Both the position numbers and the translations under genes were made by a program. Below the pieces are notes generated by a model, which did not search any database, was not told the origin of the DNA, and was given only the letters and a program-made list of their open reading frames with translations. Of a stretch of DNA of 64,000 nt, positions 40,701-49,388 are shown one piece after another. How positions within the stretch are numbered: the stretch's first letter is position 1; each line of letters begins with the position of its first letter. This stretch comes from Tubiluchus corallicola. Lineage: Eukaryota; Animalia; Priapulida. The DNA lies in the NCBI GenBank assembly GCA_030141605.1, contig JAQGDQ010000883.1, positions 20,621 through 84,620 of the forward strand, in the 5' to 3' direction.

Positions 40701-41612
40701 GGCACTAGCAGAAGCGAGCCAGGTGTGACATTGAAAATCACTAAACTGAAGGGTTAATGGGAACATTTTTAAAATCGTTTATTTCTCCCGTTTTGCTTTG
40801 CCAAAAATTAGCCAAAGAAATTTGTCGCATTTTCCATGTTTGTCACCAAACTGTGATGTTAGTGTTGGCAATCATCCGAATAGGTTTATATTAATTAATT
40901 AATTAATTGTTTATCTGAATTATTGGGTACTTATCATTTCAATCTTTAAAGGGGAAGAAAGGGCTGTTTTCCCTTAAAATTATCCCAAAAACTTTCCACA
41001 CTAACTTATATTACGTTGCATTATGCTTACTTGTTTGAAAGATTTGTGTAATTGAAAAAGAAAATTCTTAGTTAATTTAAAAATTCTCCTGCCAGAGTGC
41101 ACCACTGGTTCACCATAAAACACATTGATTTTACTGGCAATACAAAGTAATTTACATTTTTGCTTCGTTAGTGAAGAGTGTGCTACGAATGCTCTGATTA
41201 TTTTTCAAACTGTACACAAAGTTATCTAAAGTTATTTCAAACGATCTACTGTCAAAATGGCGGCGCCTAACAGGCGTCGTGTGAGTTTAAATTCTCTAGT
41301 TTTTATACAGCGTTACTGTTAATGCAAGCTCTGTGCAGAATAAGACAGCGTGTAAGTGATACGAAATTTGAGAACTAATTTTTAAGCTTTGTTTGCAAAG
41401 ATCATTTTCTTCTGCATTGAGTATCTCGTCTTTTTCAGATGAAGGAGAGAAATGATAATGTAACTAGTGCAAGCAGTGGTGAGTCCTCTCCGGAGTTCCG
41501 CGTCCGCAAACGCTTCGACTTTGAAGATGCCACCGATGATGGCGTAATGCACAGAAGAAAGAAGCTTCTTAGCAAAGCACAAAAAACTTCTTATTTCAGT
41601 CCACTGAATTGA
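1375..41612 (+). CDS. KIF4A: Chromosome-associated kinesin KIF4A-like (kinesin-4/chromokinesin), 24 coding exons in window; 5' coding exon(s) upstream of window
   Basis: Motor motifs GQTGSGKT (P-loop), NRTSSRSH (switch I), DLAGSE (switch II), [21 protein letters not shown]; long coiled coil; 9-Cys domain; basic C-terminal tail. Exons join in frame through GT-AG introns (3591 nt including stop). Confidence 0.95.
2065..6783. repeat. 53-bp minisatellite, ~89 copies, in KIF4 intron
   Basis: Unit TATCTACAGTATGCTCTACAGCTGCAGCTTGAATTACTTCACTGATTGTTACG with recurring variants. Confidence 0.97.
7670..7854 (+). CDS. KIF4A: KIF4 exon ([21 protein letters not shown]...VSFLE)
   Basis: P-loop; cag| and |gtaaat. 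Confidence 0.95.
8590..9050 (+). mobile_element. Degenerate L2/CR1-group LINE 3' end
   Basis: Broken [11 protein letters not shown]...[13 protein letters not shown]...[11 protein letters not shown]. Confidence 0.7.
9110..9544 (+). mobile_element. hAT-like MITE family A
   Basis: Degenerate left TIR; right TIR ATTCTCATCCCTG. Confidence 0.78.
9713..9799 (+). CDS. KIF4A: KIF4 exon ([10 protein letters not shown]...[11 protein letters not shown])
   Basis: tag| and |gtattt; kinesin NExIxDLL and IRED motifs. Confidence 0.92.
10646..10787. repeat. (CT)n microsatellite
   Basis: Seen directly. Confidence 0.95.
11036..11199 (+). CDS. KIF4A: KIF4 exon (LTGLSE...[15 protein letters not shown])
   Basis: Switch I; cag| and |gtaaga. 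Confidence 0.95.
11261..12070 (+). mobile_element. TTAA-targeting AGG-terminal MITE (Kolobok/T2-like) with ~6 tandem 72-bp units
   Basis: TTAA|AGGCAAGAACAAGTC...GACTTGATCTTTCCT|TTAA. Confidence 0.8.
12355..13105. mobile_element. Old dispersed DNA-transposon family D, two copies in inverted arrangement
   Basis: 12355-12625 inverted against 12860-13105; related pieces at ~420-510, 18410-18745, 31916-32110, 33835-34722, 40950-41370. Confidence 0.6.
13801..13895 (+). CDS. KIF4A: KIF4 exon ([27 protein letters not shown])
   Basis: Switch II; cag| and |gttttt. Confidence 0.95.
13981..14672. repeat. 26/27-bp minisatellite (~26 copies) after a (TG)n run
   Basis: Unit TCCATGAATCTTATATGTTCCACGTG. 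Confidence 0.95.
14909..15243 (-). mobile_element. hAT MITE family C, truncated copy
   Basis: Reverse-complement similarity to 50390-50717. Confidence 0.7.
15234..15696. repeat. 239-bp tandem duplication
   Basis: aatcttaattaaataatg at 15241 and 15480, near-identical copies. Confidence 0.9.
15720..15839 (+). CDS. KIF4A: KIF4 exon ([19 protein letters not shown]...[14 protein letters not shown])
   Basis: Kinesin signature; tag| and |gtacat. Confidence 0.95.
15870..16417 (+). mobile_element. 5S rRNA-derived SINE (SINE3) with GC-rich, probably RTE-derived body and tail
   Basis: 15870-15990 is a nearly full 5S sequence with substitutions; body ends CGAGACAGAAGGATGCCAACA; flanked by ATAAGTATTTT / ATGAGTATTTT. 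Confidence 0.8.
16954..17129 (+). CDS. KIF4A: KIF4 exon ([14 protein letters not shown]...[19 protein letters not shown])
   Basis: End of motor and neck; cag| and |gtgaga. Confidence 0.95.
17144..17619 (+). mobile_element. hAT-like MITE family A
   Basis: TIRs CAGGGAGGAGAAT / ATTCTCATCCCTG; starts 14 nt after an exon end. Confidence 0.82.
17847..17911 (+). CDS. KIF4A: KIF4 exon ([13 protein letters not shown]...)
   Basis: cag| and |gtaagt; neck coil. Confidence 0.88.
18018..19647. mobile_element. Element bounded by ~270-bp inverted repeats
   Basis: 18018-18288 is the diverged reverse complement of 19377-19647; a solo arm is at ~30588-30860. Confidence 0.7.
19857..19902 (+). CDS. KIF4A: KIF4 46-nt exon ([15 protein letters not shown])
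   Basis: cag| and |gtaaga; phase 2 to 0 links its neighbours. Confidence 0.85.
20674..20762 (-). pseudogene. 5S rRNA pseudogene or SINE3 head fragment
   Basis: Reverse complement reads AAAACACCGGTTCTCGTCTGATCACCGAAGTTAAGCAACGTAGAGCCTGGTTAGTACTTGGACGGGTGAC; 3'-truncated. Confidence 0.82.
21149..21285 (+). CDS. KIF4A: KIF4 exon ([16 protein letters not shown]...)
   Basis: cag| and |gtaatg; coiled coil. Confidence 0.88.
21452..21934 (+). mobile_element. hAT MITE family B
   Basis: TIR CAGGGGTG(A/T)GCAAATT; TSD GCATAA(A/G)C. Confidence 0.85.
22020..22690 (+). mobile_element. Non-LTR retrotransposon 3' end (C-terminal CCHC zinc finger plus 3' UTR)
   Basis: CSC...[13 protein letters not shown]...FILSTKRL*; 3' UTR has a 74-bp unit x3 (22384-22606) and ends at AATAAA. 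Confidence 0.72.
23629..24068 (+). mobile_element. hAT-like MITE family A
   Basis: CAGGGATGAGAAT left TIR; flanked by tacttgat/cacttgat (8-bp TSD-like). Confidence 0.8.
24121..24577 (+). mobile_element. piggyBac-like MITE
   Basis: TTAA|CCCTTT...AAAGGG|TTAA; second copy inverted at 45841. Confidence 0.87.
24643..24991 (+). CDS. KIF4A: KIF4 exon (...[22 protein letters not shown]...QYE)
   Basis: tag| and |gtgaga; KIF4 stalk motif. Confidence 0.88.
25388..25836 (-). mobile_element. hAT MITE family B
   Basis: 8-bp TSD CTTTACAT; inverted relative to the 21452 copy. Confidence 0.88.
26511..26759 (+). CDS. KIF4A: KIF4 exon (...[17 protein letters not shown]...)
   Basis: tag| and |gttcgt; conserved stalk. 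Confidence 0.9.
27541..27735 (+). CDS. KIF4A: KIF4 exon ([23 protein letters not shown]...VLRRKTEQ)
   Basis: Highly conserved kinesin-4 stalk segment; cag| and |gtactt. Confidence 0.93.
27831..29140 (+). mobile_element. Same Kolobok/T2-like MITE with ~12 tandem 72-bp units
   Basis: TTAA|AGGAAAGAACAAGTC...GGCTTGGCCTTTCGT|TTAA; unique body homologous to 11680-12070. Confidence 0.8.
29564..29677 (+). CDS. KIF4A: KIF4 exon ([12 protein letters not shown]...)
   Basis: cag| and |gtaaac; AAANKRL motif. Confidence 0.9.
29723..30259. mobile_element. PIF/Harbinger-like MITE
   Basis: TAA|GGCCCATTTCACA...TGTGAAATGGGTT|TAA. Confidence 0.65.
30885..31031 (+). CDS. KIF4A: KIF4 exon ([20 protein letters not shown]...)
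   Basis: cag| and |gtaaga. Confidence 0.9.
31120..31232 (+). CDS. KIF4A: KIF4 exon (KLARLSKEE...EIETR)
   Basis: Follows an 88-nt intron; cag| and |gttagt. Confidence 0.85.
31345..31806. mobile_element. Tc1/pogo (Tigger-like) MITE
   Basis: TA|CAGTGGCCGCTGCTTATTATGGACAC...GTGTCCACAATAAGCGGCTGCCACTG|TA. Confidence 0.85.
32388..32517 (+). CDS. KIF4A: KIF4 exon ([11 protein letters not shown]...[21 protein letters not shown])
   Basis: EAKCAL motif typical of KIF4; cag| and |gtataa. Confidence 0.92.
32788..33277 (-). mobile_element. hAT MITE family B
   Basis: TIR CAGGGGTGTGCAAATT; 8-bp TSD CGTTACAG. Confidence 0.9.
33426..33596 (+). CDS. KIF4A: KIF4 exon (AVDAKLE...HEDK)
   Basis: tag| acceptor with weak pyrimidine tract; |gtaaga donor. 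Confidence 0.8.
34794..34886 (+). CDS. KIF4A: KIF4 exon (MLYLLRQL...KLEFQ)
   Basis: LYLL motif; cag| and |gtagat. Confidence 0.88.
35038..35207. repeat. CCCTAA-containing compound tandem repeat
   Basis: (TAACCC)1-2 interleaved with TAACACTAATCATAGCC. Confidence 0.85.
35716..36161. mobile_element. Tc1/pogo-like MITE
   Basis: TA|CAGTCTAGACTCGTTATCTCACC...GGTGAAATAACGAGGCTAGACTA|TA. Confidence 0.8.
36276..36458 (+). CDS. KIF4A: KIF4 exon ([10 protein letters not shown]...PPAKA)
   Basis: tag| and |gtaaga. Confidence 0.85.
37004..37180 (+). CDS. KIF4A: KIF4 exon (...[13 protein letters not shown]...)
   Basis: Acidic DPDW motif preceding the Cys domain; tag| and |gtaatc. Confidence 0.87.
38208..38684 (+). 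mobile_element. hAT-like MITE family A
   Basis: Perfect TIR CAGGGATGAGAAT / ATTCTCATCCCTG. Confidence 0.82.
38973..39122 (+). CDS. KIF4A: KIF4 exon encoding the cysteine-rich domain ([35 protein letters not shown])
   Basis: Nine Cys in KIF4 CRD spacing; start could be 38973, 38976 or 38979 (tandem acceptors); |gtgagt. Confidence 0.9.
39218..39979. repeat. 56-bp minisatellite (~13.5 copies)
   Basis: Unit TGCTTGCAGAATCTGTCCCACAATTGTGCAAGTATGGTGAATCACTTCTGTTATGA. Confidence 0.93.
40361..40516 (+). CDS. KIF4A: KIF4 penultimate exon (FDTEDQS...LNTTFEV...NHA)
   Basis: cag| and |gtatgc; in frame with neighbours. Confidence 0.75.
40950..41370 (+). mobile_element. Family D copy with TTAA|AGGGGAAGAAAGGG terminus (Kolobok-like)
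   Basis: Terminus mirrors ...CCTTTTTCTTCCCGT|TTAA at 34722. Confidence 0.55.
41439..41612 (+). CDS. KIF4A: KIF4 last coding exon (...[19 protein letters not shown])
   Basis: cag| acceptor; basic cluster and TSYF tail resemble the KIF4 C-terminus; TGA at 41610-41612. Confidence 0.82.
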   Translation: MKERNDNVTSASSGESSPEFRVRKRFDFEDATDDGVMHRRKKLLSKAQKTSYFSPLN

Positions 41613-41985
41613 CACGGATTAACTGCGGGGACTGCGACATTTTTGCTCTTTTCCACTTTGATTCCAATCGTCTATGAAGTTTTATTCCTTGTTCATAGCC
41701 TGTCTTTACACATTTTGCTTTTAAGCTATAATGCGGTGCTGCCATCTATGTGCAGTTAGACAAACTCGTATTCCGTCATCTGCATTTCATAGTTTTGGTT
41801 TGTGCAGAATTTTTTGTACTTGTGAAAAATCACGTTCGTCTTTGCAAAGTGTGGCTGGTTTGTCTAACGAGAAGTTAATGAAGTTAACGATGAAGCGGCG
41901 GTGAGACGTTGAGCAGCCATCTTGAATCCTGCTGTGTTCTTCGTCGTTGCACATTGTGTGTTAGTAGTGTAACTATAGGTGATTA

Positions 41986-42446
41986 CACTCGTATCTCGGT
42001 TTGCTGGACAAAAGCGGGGAGACGATGATCCGAATTTGCCGATTGTCCGTATTTCCCGATACTAAGCTATTACAGTAGGTGCCGTACGTGTAATAGACTC
42101 ACAGTAATGTAGAATCAATTGACTAATTGTTTCAAAAACATCTAGTACGGACCACACCTATAGAAAAGTATATAAAAACGGCAATTGACTAAAATAACTC
42201 TGCATAATTGACTCTATATTTTTTCCTCCAAACAATATTGTTAAATTATGAATATTAAACCACTTAACCACGTTAAAATACAAGCTACAGACGTGCCGTT
42301 ACACGCTGCTTGGTTACACTGATGTAATGATGTAAATAAAATGACGGCCCACCAACTAGCTGTTGCGTGACTTGTTTAACGGTCCAGATTTTGTCCGATT
42401 CTTCGATATCCGTAAAAGCGAGGTCTGGCAAACCAGGATATGAGTG
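41986..42446. mobile_element. TA-flanked MITE with CACTC termini
   Basis: TA|CACTCGTATCTCGGTTTGCTGGAC...GTCTGGCAAACCAGGATATGAGTG|TA; right-end fragments also at ~520-634 and ~34300-34497. Confidence 0.72.
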
Positions 42447-42570
42447 TATTGCATTGTTTCATAAGCACAATGACTCTAGGACACATTGTCTTTTCTTGCT
42501 AATAGCTTTGTGATGAGTGAATAGAGTTCACCAATCCTCTGTTCTGTGTTGTCTGCTCCCTTACTATGTA

Positions 42571-42985
42571 CAGTCGACCCTTGTTAAACCGGACCCAGTT
42601 AGCCCAGATATCGGATAAGATGGACGTCATCTGTGGTAAAGGAAACTGACCGATTTCCAACCGAGCCGGAGCGCTAAACACAACACGGCCTACCAACTCT
42701 CCACGAGCCAGTGACGGGCCGAAGCGGCTCGCGGTGCCGCCCAGGCTGCTACGATTCCCGCCAAAATTCAGTTTGCTTATCCCATCGAAAGCACTCGCTA
42801 ATTTCTTTATCCTCACAGGTTAACTATTTTAAAGTAATATACAGTATAGAATATAGTGCAATGTATATAGGCCTTATTAAGGTGATTATTCCTGTATAAT
42901 ATAGACCATATATAGGCATATCGGACAATCGGCTAAACCGGACCACCCACCCACCCAATTAGTCCGGTTTAACGAGGGTTGACTG
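42571..42985. mobile_element. Tc1/pogo-like MITE
   Basis: TA|CAGTCGACCCTTGTTAAACCGGAC...GTCCGGTTTAACGAGGGTTGACTG|TA. Confidence 0.85.
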
Positions 42986-43943
42986 TATAGTGTGTATATT
43001 AACATTGTACGTATTATGTAGTTTAGGTACATTTGTCAATAGTAGCTGCTCTTTCATTAAAAGTGCCTTGAGAATGACTCGTTCTTTTGTAAAATTCATC
43101 ATTTCTTGCTGGAATAATATTGTTGATAGAATAGATGTTATCTGTAGCTTTTTATTGCTCACGTTTGCTTAATGAACATGAACACTCTGCCAAATTATTG
43201 ATTTATTTATGATTGTTCACTTAGACTCTGTAATCTGCTTGTTTTTGCACGATTATTTTTTTATTTTCTTGGGCTAGAGTGACGAAGAAGTGATGTCGGT
43301 AAAATTTTCATGGATTCCATTGAAACTTTACTGATCCAAATCATTTTTTTATCACAGCCGCTTAAAAAGTTTTATAGTTAAAACATCACAACTTTATTAA
43401 AACTTTTAATTTACGTAGCTTAGCTGGTTGTATGCTTGGAAAAATTTACCACTGACGACAGCAGTACCTCTATCAAAACGTTTGACATGATTCTTTTAGC
43501 AATGTAAATTGAAACTTTAACAAAGTTGTGATGTTTTAACTGTAAGTGTTTTTAGTAATCTAGTTTATGAAATTGCATGTACATTATTTAACAATCGCAA
43601 ATAAATTATGTGTACAATAAATTGTTCTTATGCGTTTCCAAGTAAACATGTAAGCAACGAGATAAGTTTTTTCATAATAATTTTTACCACGGTATTTGAT
43701 TACACATAAATAATATCACTGTAATCCTACTCTACGTTCCCTAAATTACAAATTCATAACTGAACATTCTAGTGCACATGACATTGTTTTTCAGTACGGC
43801 GGCGTATCTACAGCATTTGGCAGTATTTACAAATATTTACATCGTATCACTATCGTGCTGCACTTTTGTACATAATAATTAAGTCCAAATAGCTGCATCT
43901 CTGTAACGATGCTTGTCGAGAGTTTATCCACCTATTATGACTA

Positions 43944-44285
43944 TTAAGGAAACACTAGGACTTTGCCAATGTTGCCGCCATTAAACATATCAATAAAAGC
44001 TTTGGCGGCGTTCTCGAAGCCGTATATCCTGTGTTCGACACTGATGAGGAGACCTTGTTCCTTCCACTTGAGGATCTGGTGTCTGGCTTCGTCGTACTTT
44101 GGCTCGTACCGGTCGACTATGAAGCCCTCGGACTTGAGCTGCTGCGCCATCATGTAACCTTGAACCATGGTCGCCGCCTCGATGTTTTTGAGATCTTTGT
44201 TGTAGTGCGAGATGAAACCGGAGCATGCGATCCGCCCGAATGTCCGCATGCACGCGTAGACGTTGCTGGAGAACTCTCCACCAAC
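43944..44285 (-). CDS. PTGR1: PTGR1 last exon (VGGEFSS...NIGKVLVFP*)
   Basis: cag acceptor; TAA stop. Confidence 0.93.
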   Translation of the reverse strand, partial: VGGEFSSNVYACMRTFGRIACSGFISHYNKDLKNIEAATMVQGYMMAQQLKSEGFIVDRYEPKYDEARHQILKWKEQGLLISVEHRIYGFENAAKAFIDMFNGGNIGKVLVFP

Positions 44286-47200
44286 CTGGAAGCAGAAAAA
44301 ATGCACGTTACTACGGTCTTGCTATTAGGAGTTAGTCAGCATTTGACATACATAAGATAGAACTATGTCTTTTGTTTCATGATTTTCTCTACGATTAATG
44401 CTAGACTGTGCTATTCCTTACGAAAACTGTCTAATACAAAAGTAGGGCTTGCTGCCTAAACTAAAGTTCTTTTGTGATCCATTAATTTTAACATCCTGAC
44501 AAATGTGTTCTGATTGTTTTCCAAGTGGAATAGGATCTCGGCGTTCCAATCAAAAAACGCTCTGCATTTCTTTACCCGATAGTGTATGCAGTCGGTGGGG
44601 GGGGGGGGTGTAGGGGTGTCAGTCCCACTGCTTAGGGCAGGTGTGTGCAAATTGCGGCCCGTGGCCACTTGCAGCCCGTCGAGAGATTTTGTGCGGCCCG
44701 GGCGATTAATTGAGTGTATCCAGCTGAAGTCCGTGCCACGATCCCAAAGATAGTGCGGGTAGTGTTTTCTACTAGATCGGATGCCATTAACCCTAACAAG
44801 ACAGTTATTTTAATAACTTCTAAAATAGTTTCTTGAGTGTAGTAGTAATGATGTACGCAGGTCGGATGCAAAAAATCGTTATTAGGCCTTTCTGTACTTG
44901 GCTCCATGATCAAACTGCCTGTGACCTGCAGGAATTGTGAGAAAGTTTAATGTGGCCGGCCTAGTCAGATAATTTGCACACCCCTGGCTTAGGGTCTTCG
45001 AAATTTGACGTCTTCTGTCGGCCATTAGGCTCAATTGATGACAAGTTGTTAAAAGTGAAATTGCTTTTCTGTGGTAAGGGTTAAACAGACACAATGTTTC
45101 ATAATCAAGGCCAATTGTGCATTACTAACGTTCTCGACCTGTATGATCTTTTCCCATTTGCAAATACTTACCATATCGAAGAAACAATCAACTCCCTCTG
45201 GTGCCGCTTGCTTCAAACTTTCTCTGATGTCGACTTTCTTGTAGTTGAAGACGTAGTCGGCGTGTAGGTTGTTGCGCACCCATTCACACTTTTTGTCTGA
45301 ACCTGTGAACCCAATTACTTTGCAACCCTAAAATATTAAAAAATGTCGTGCGTGTAATCAACAAACTACAAACACTTGTTTGGCGCAAAGCTATATAATG
45401 GATAAAGTCAATGGACTTGTAATAACTATGATATGGATGTAACTAAGCAGATATGTGTGTCAGTTTCAAATGAACGAAATGCAAATGTAGGAAGTAGAAA
45501 TTACTTACCAATAGTTTGGCAATTTGCACGGCTAACGAACCAACGGCTCCGGCAGCCGTACTTATCACCATCGTTTCTCCGGCTTGGGGTTTCAAAATGT
45601 CGACAATGCCAAAATATGCTGTCAACCTGAAATAGTTAATAATGGTACAACTTTGCAAATGGTAAAAAAAATTGTCTTCTCTTCAACACAGTAAGCCGAC
45701 CAACTTTTTTTAGATCTCGGCCAATAAGTATAAGCATTTGCGTAACTATAGTCAAACCTCTAAATAATAGCCGCTGTTCTTAATGACAAAAGTTTTATCA
45801 AAACAAAATAATTATATTTACATAGACATGTATGTATTAACCCTTTCATACCCATTGTATCCCGTGGGACTGCCTTTAAAATTACAAAAATTTTAAAACT
45901 GACAGTTATTTGATCTGTTAATAGTTATTTTTAATTTAAGCGAATAACAATAGAGTAAAAATGGCAAACTAGAAAATCTACATTGCATAAAAAACTGCAC
46001 AAGGTACAGTACTTTAGAGACGACTTTGTACAGATCAGCATAGTGTGCATACTAAATGTCTTAAATACTTTAAAAAATTATCAGCAGTTGCAAAATGAAG
46101 CACATTTTATGCTTCCATTGAATCCCAATGTATCCCGTGGGATACAGGCTATATTTAGCACACGAGCACAGGTAGAAAAAAAATAATTATTATGTGTAAA
46201 CAAGATGGACATACTGAACAAAAGTACCAAGCCAAAAAATTTTTTCTTATTAAAAAAATAATTTGGGACTGAAAGGGTTAATGCATCTGGTTATAATGCC
46301 AAATAGTTTTGCAGTCCCGTTATTCTCTAAGAGTATAGATACAAGTCATAGAGCTTCAAATTGATTCACATTGTGATTATAGTGAGTCAAATTTACATAG
46401 GCGTGTGTTAACAGTGTTAGCTATATTTGCAGCATTATCACAATTTATGCACTTTGTAGTAAACAACTTACCCTGGGTCCCCACAAATTGACAAAGCTAG
46501 CTGTAAAGGTAGGCCATTGAATAGCATTGGAAGTGGTTTGACCAGATTTTCGTTGACAACTGAAAAATCAAGCAAGCACACTAATTAATAATTCTACTTA
46601 CTTTTAAAAATTAAAATGTTTGAGAGATTTTAGATTCCTTTAATTATTTTACTCTTAAATGATTGCTCTCAAGAAACTGGTACAAATAAATTCTGATGCT
46701 TCTTGTGCCAAATGGATAAGTTGTTCCTAGATACGTTACTATTAAATAAGTAGTATTATGGTGTTGTCTTTGCACCAGGTTATGAGGTCAACTTCCATGT
46801 AGTTGGACCAGAAATTGAATATGTGACACATAGAGAATCAGATGTACTACTGCATACTGAACACAAAAAAGAACTCGAATCTAGAAAAATGTGCGAAAGT
46901 AAAATATTGCCAAACATTAACCACAGAGACCTGGCACAAAACACAAATTAGCTATACTACATACTTGCATTATTCCACATTTAACATATTCGTGGTCACA
47001 ATACATGAAGGGAAATTGGCGAGGAGGCTTGACATAAACACAAATCAACCTTACTACTCGCATTACTTCACATGGAATACAAAAAGAAATCAAATCTAGG
47101 AAAATAAAGAAACATGAACAGAAATTGGGAAGGAGACCTGTCATAAACATAAATCGACCATACTACTTACATTTTTCCACACGAGACACAAAAAGAAATC

Positions 47201-48619
47201 AAATCTAGGAAGATGCAGAATGACATGAATGGAAATTAATGAGGAGACCTGACATAAACACAAATCGACCATACTACTTGCAGTTCTTCACAAGGAACAC
47301 GAAAGGAGGGCAGGTGTAAACATGCGGTGGTGTATAGGAAAAAGAGTTTCGTAACCACCTACCTGTATGCGTTTGCCAACCTATTGTTCTTTTAAGAAAC
47401 ACGTGGGTGCCGACTGGATACTTCTTACTTCTGCTCTCTATTACCCTGCAAACACACAAAATTAATATGTAATCCGACGTTTCGGTTTTTTACCCGTCTC
47501 CTTTGTGAATATATGGTTGTTTAAATACTAAGAGTTGCACGCTATTGTCTGTGGTGTGTTAGTAGCACTGCTATCTGCGTAGTTATTGTTAATTACAAGG
47601 GAGCTTATATCAAAGCAAATTGTGCAAGTTCATGTGGTGTAATACCCCTTTATAATATAATTGTACTTGCTTGCTATCACATTTATAGCACTTATATAAA
47701 AGCAGACAAAGTAACTGCTTGTGATGTGTTATAAAAACATCCTTTAGATGAATATGACTACAACAAGGATACACACTTTCCGAGGAGATTAAAAAAATTT
47801 TAACACTGAGTCTCTAAAGATCTAGCGCCTTAGGCTATAGCCTAGTTAGCCTATTGGTAGATACGCCCTACTTGAATTTGTGTAAGAAACCACAAAGCAT
47901 GATGTGCTTATTAACACCGGCAAGCTTCTGCCGTTACCGTCATTGCTCAGCTAAAGTATACTTACTTGGCGATCTGGTAGCCGACAACCGTTTCATGAAC
48001 TTGAGTCAGTATCCTTGCATATGGATCGACACTGATAATTAGAGCTTCGCAGAGGATTTCTAAACAAATGGAAGACGTGCTTCATTAGATGTGTCAGTTT
48101 GAGACCGAGATCTATGTGCAAAATTTAATAATAATTTTCTTGTTTTATTTTCCGTTAAAACCGCTTAACTCGAGACCTACTGTACCACGATGACCTAATG
48201 TGTCTACAACCTGAAGCATGATTAAACGCTAAAAATAATTAAGACTTCACGCAAGATGCAAATAGTAATGCCAAAACTAAAGAAACTGACAACATTTTCT
48301 AGTCTAGCACTCTACTTTTTTGCCAAATTTTGAAATTATCACGTCCATTCTTTTCTAATTTTGACATGCAAAAAATGATTAACTAATCTTTTCGTCTCCT
48401 TCCTACGTTTGCTCTAGTTCCAAAATTGCCTAGTTACTTATAATTTTGTAGAAGATATACGTATATTTACACATTGCACAAGGAGAATACAACAAACTTA
48501 CCTCCGCTGTTTAGTTCTGGAACTCTGCTTTCTATCATTACAAAATTCTCCTCCTTAGGCTGACCAGAGAATTCCTTCTGAAGTACCCATCGCCTTGACG
48601 TTAACCCTTTCACCTTCAT
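43944..48619 (-). CDS. PTGR1: Prostaglandin reductase 1-like (MDR family NADP-dependent alkenal/one reductase), 7 coding exons, 332 aa
   Basis: SVDPY, GWQTH, PGLTAYFG, TAAGAVGSLAVQIAK, FNYK, PEGVDCFFD, GFENAAKAF, NIGKVLV motifs; exons total 999 nt in frame. Confidence 0.93.
44638..44986 (-). mobile_element. hAT MITE family B (internally deleted)
   Basis: 8-bp TSD GCTTAGGG; same TIRs. Confidence 0.88.
45172..45327 (-). CDS. PTGR1: PTGR1 exon (GCKVIGFTGSDKK...GVDCFFDM)
   Basis: GT-AG; conserved motifs. Confidence 0.93.
45509..45626 (-). CDS. PTGR1: PTGR1 exon (LTAYFG...AAGAVGSLAVQIAKLL)
   Basis: Rossmann glycine motif. Confidence 0.93.
45841..46277 (-). mobile_element. piggyBac-like MITE
   Basis: TTAA TSD, CCCT termini, reverse complement of 24121-24577. 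Confidence 0.87.
46472..46559 (-). CDS. PTGR1: PTGR1 exon (VVNENLVKPLP...ALSICGDPG)
   Basis: GT-AG; phases consistent. Confidence 0.88.
47363..47445 (-). CDS. PTGR1: PTGR1 exon (VIESRSKKYPVG...GWQTHT)
   Basis: GT-AG; phases consistent. Confidence 0.9.
47966..48059 (-). CDS. PTGR1: PTGR1 exon (EILCEALIISVDPYAR...QIAK)
   Basis: SVDPY motif; GT-AG. Confidence 0.9.
48502..48619 (-). CDS. PTGR1: PTGR1 coding exon 1 (MKVKGLTSRRWVLQKEFSGQP...)
   Basis: ATG 4 nt after a cag acceptor; G|gtaagt donor. Confidence 0.87.
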
Positions 48620-49388
48620 AATTCTGAAAACAACGAAAACTGCTGTTAGAATCAGGTAATTTAATAACACTAATTATAGATAGGCTGATTGTTTTCATGA
48701 ATGCCTATGAAAGTAAACAGGATTTTATTTAACAATTTTGAGAAGGCAGCAAGGTGGGTTAATACTTTCAAAAGTAATTCCAGTTAAGTTGCATCTAATA
48801 AATTTAAAATCAGCTTGGCTTTAATTAAGTTAGCAAAATCTTACTGTTTTCCTACAGTTATTATTATTATTATTATTTATTTTTATGTTTCAAACTCAGT
48901 TAGACTTACATTAAGATTTCTTTCATTACACAATAAAGCATAAAAATGCACGTCAGTGTTACAATAAACAAATAAACATACATTCTCCACATAAAAACAA
49001 TTTACCCATAAAATTAACCAATGTATTTTACAATTCATAGAAATGCTTATTGTCGAACAGAACAACGGCTGACGGTATAAAACTATTTTTATAATAATCT
49101 AAGAAAAGGACCTCTGGAAGCTTTAAGACTGCTCGTGGAGAATGATATATAACTCTGTTAAAAATTTTGACGCATGGATTCTGAAGGCATTACTAACCAA
49201 TCAGTTTTCTTCATCTGCACACTGTTGCACCAAAAACTTAACCAAAGTGTCATTGTTAATAGAACGTCGAAAGTATGTTGTGTTCTTTTCGATGGGTTCA
49301 GCCCAATGAATATCTTAGTTTGTGCAGTAATAACTATTTTCATATTAACTAATTATTAACAAGTTCGATTACAGCAATTTGCGTTTAC

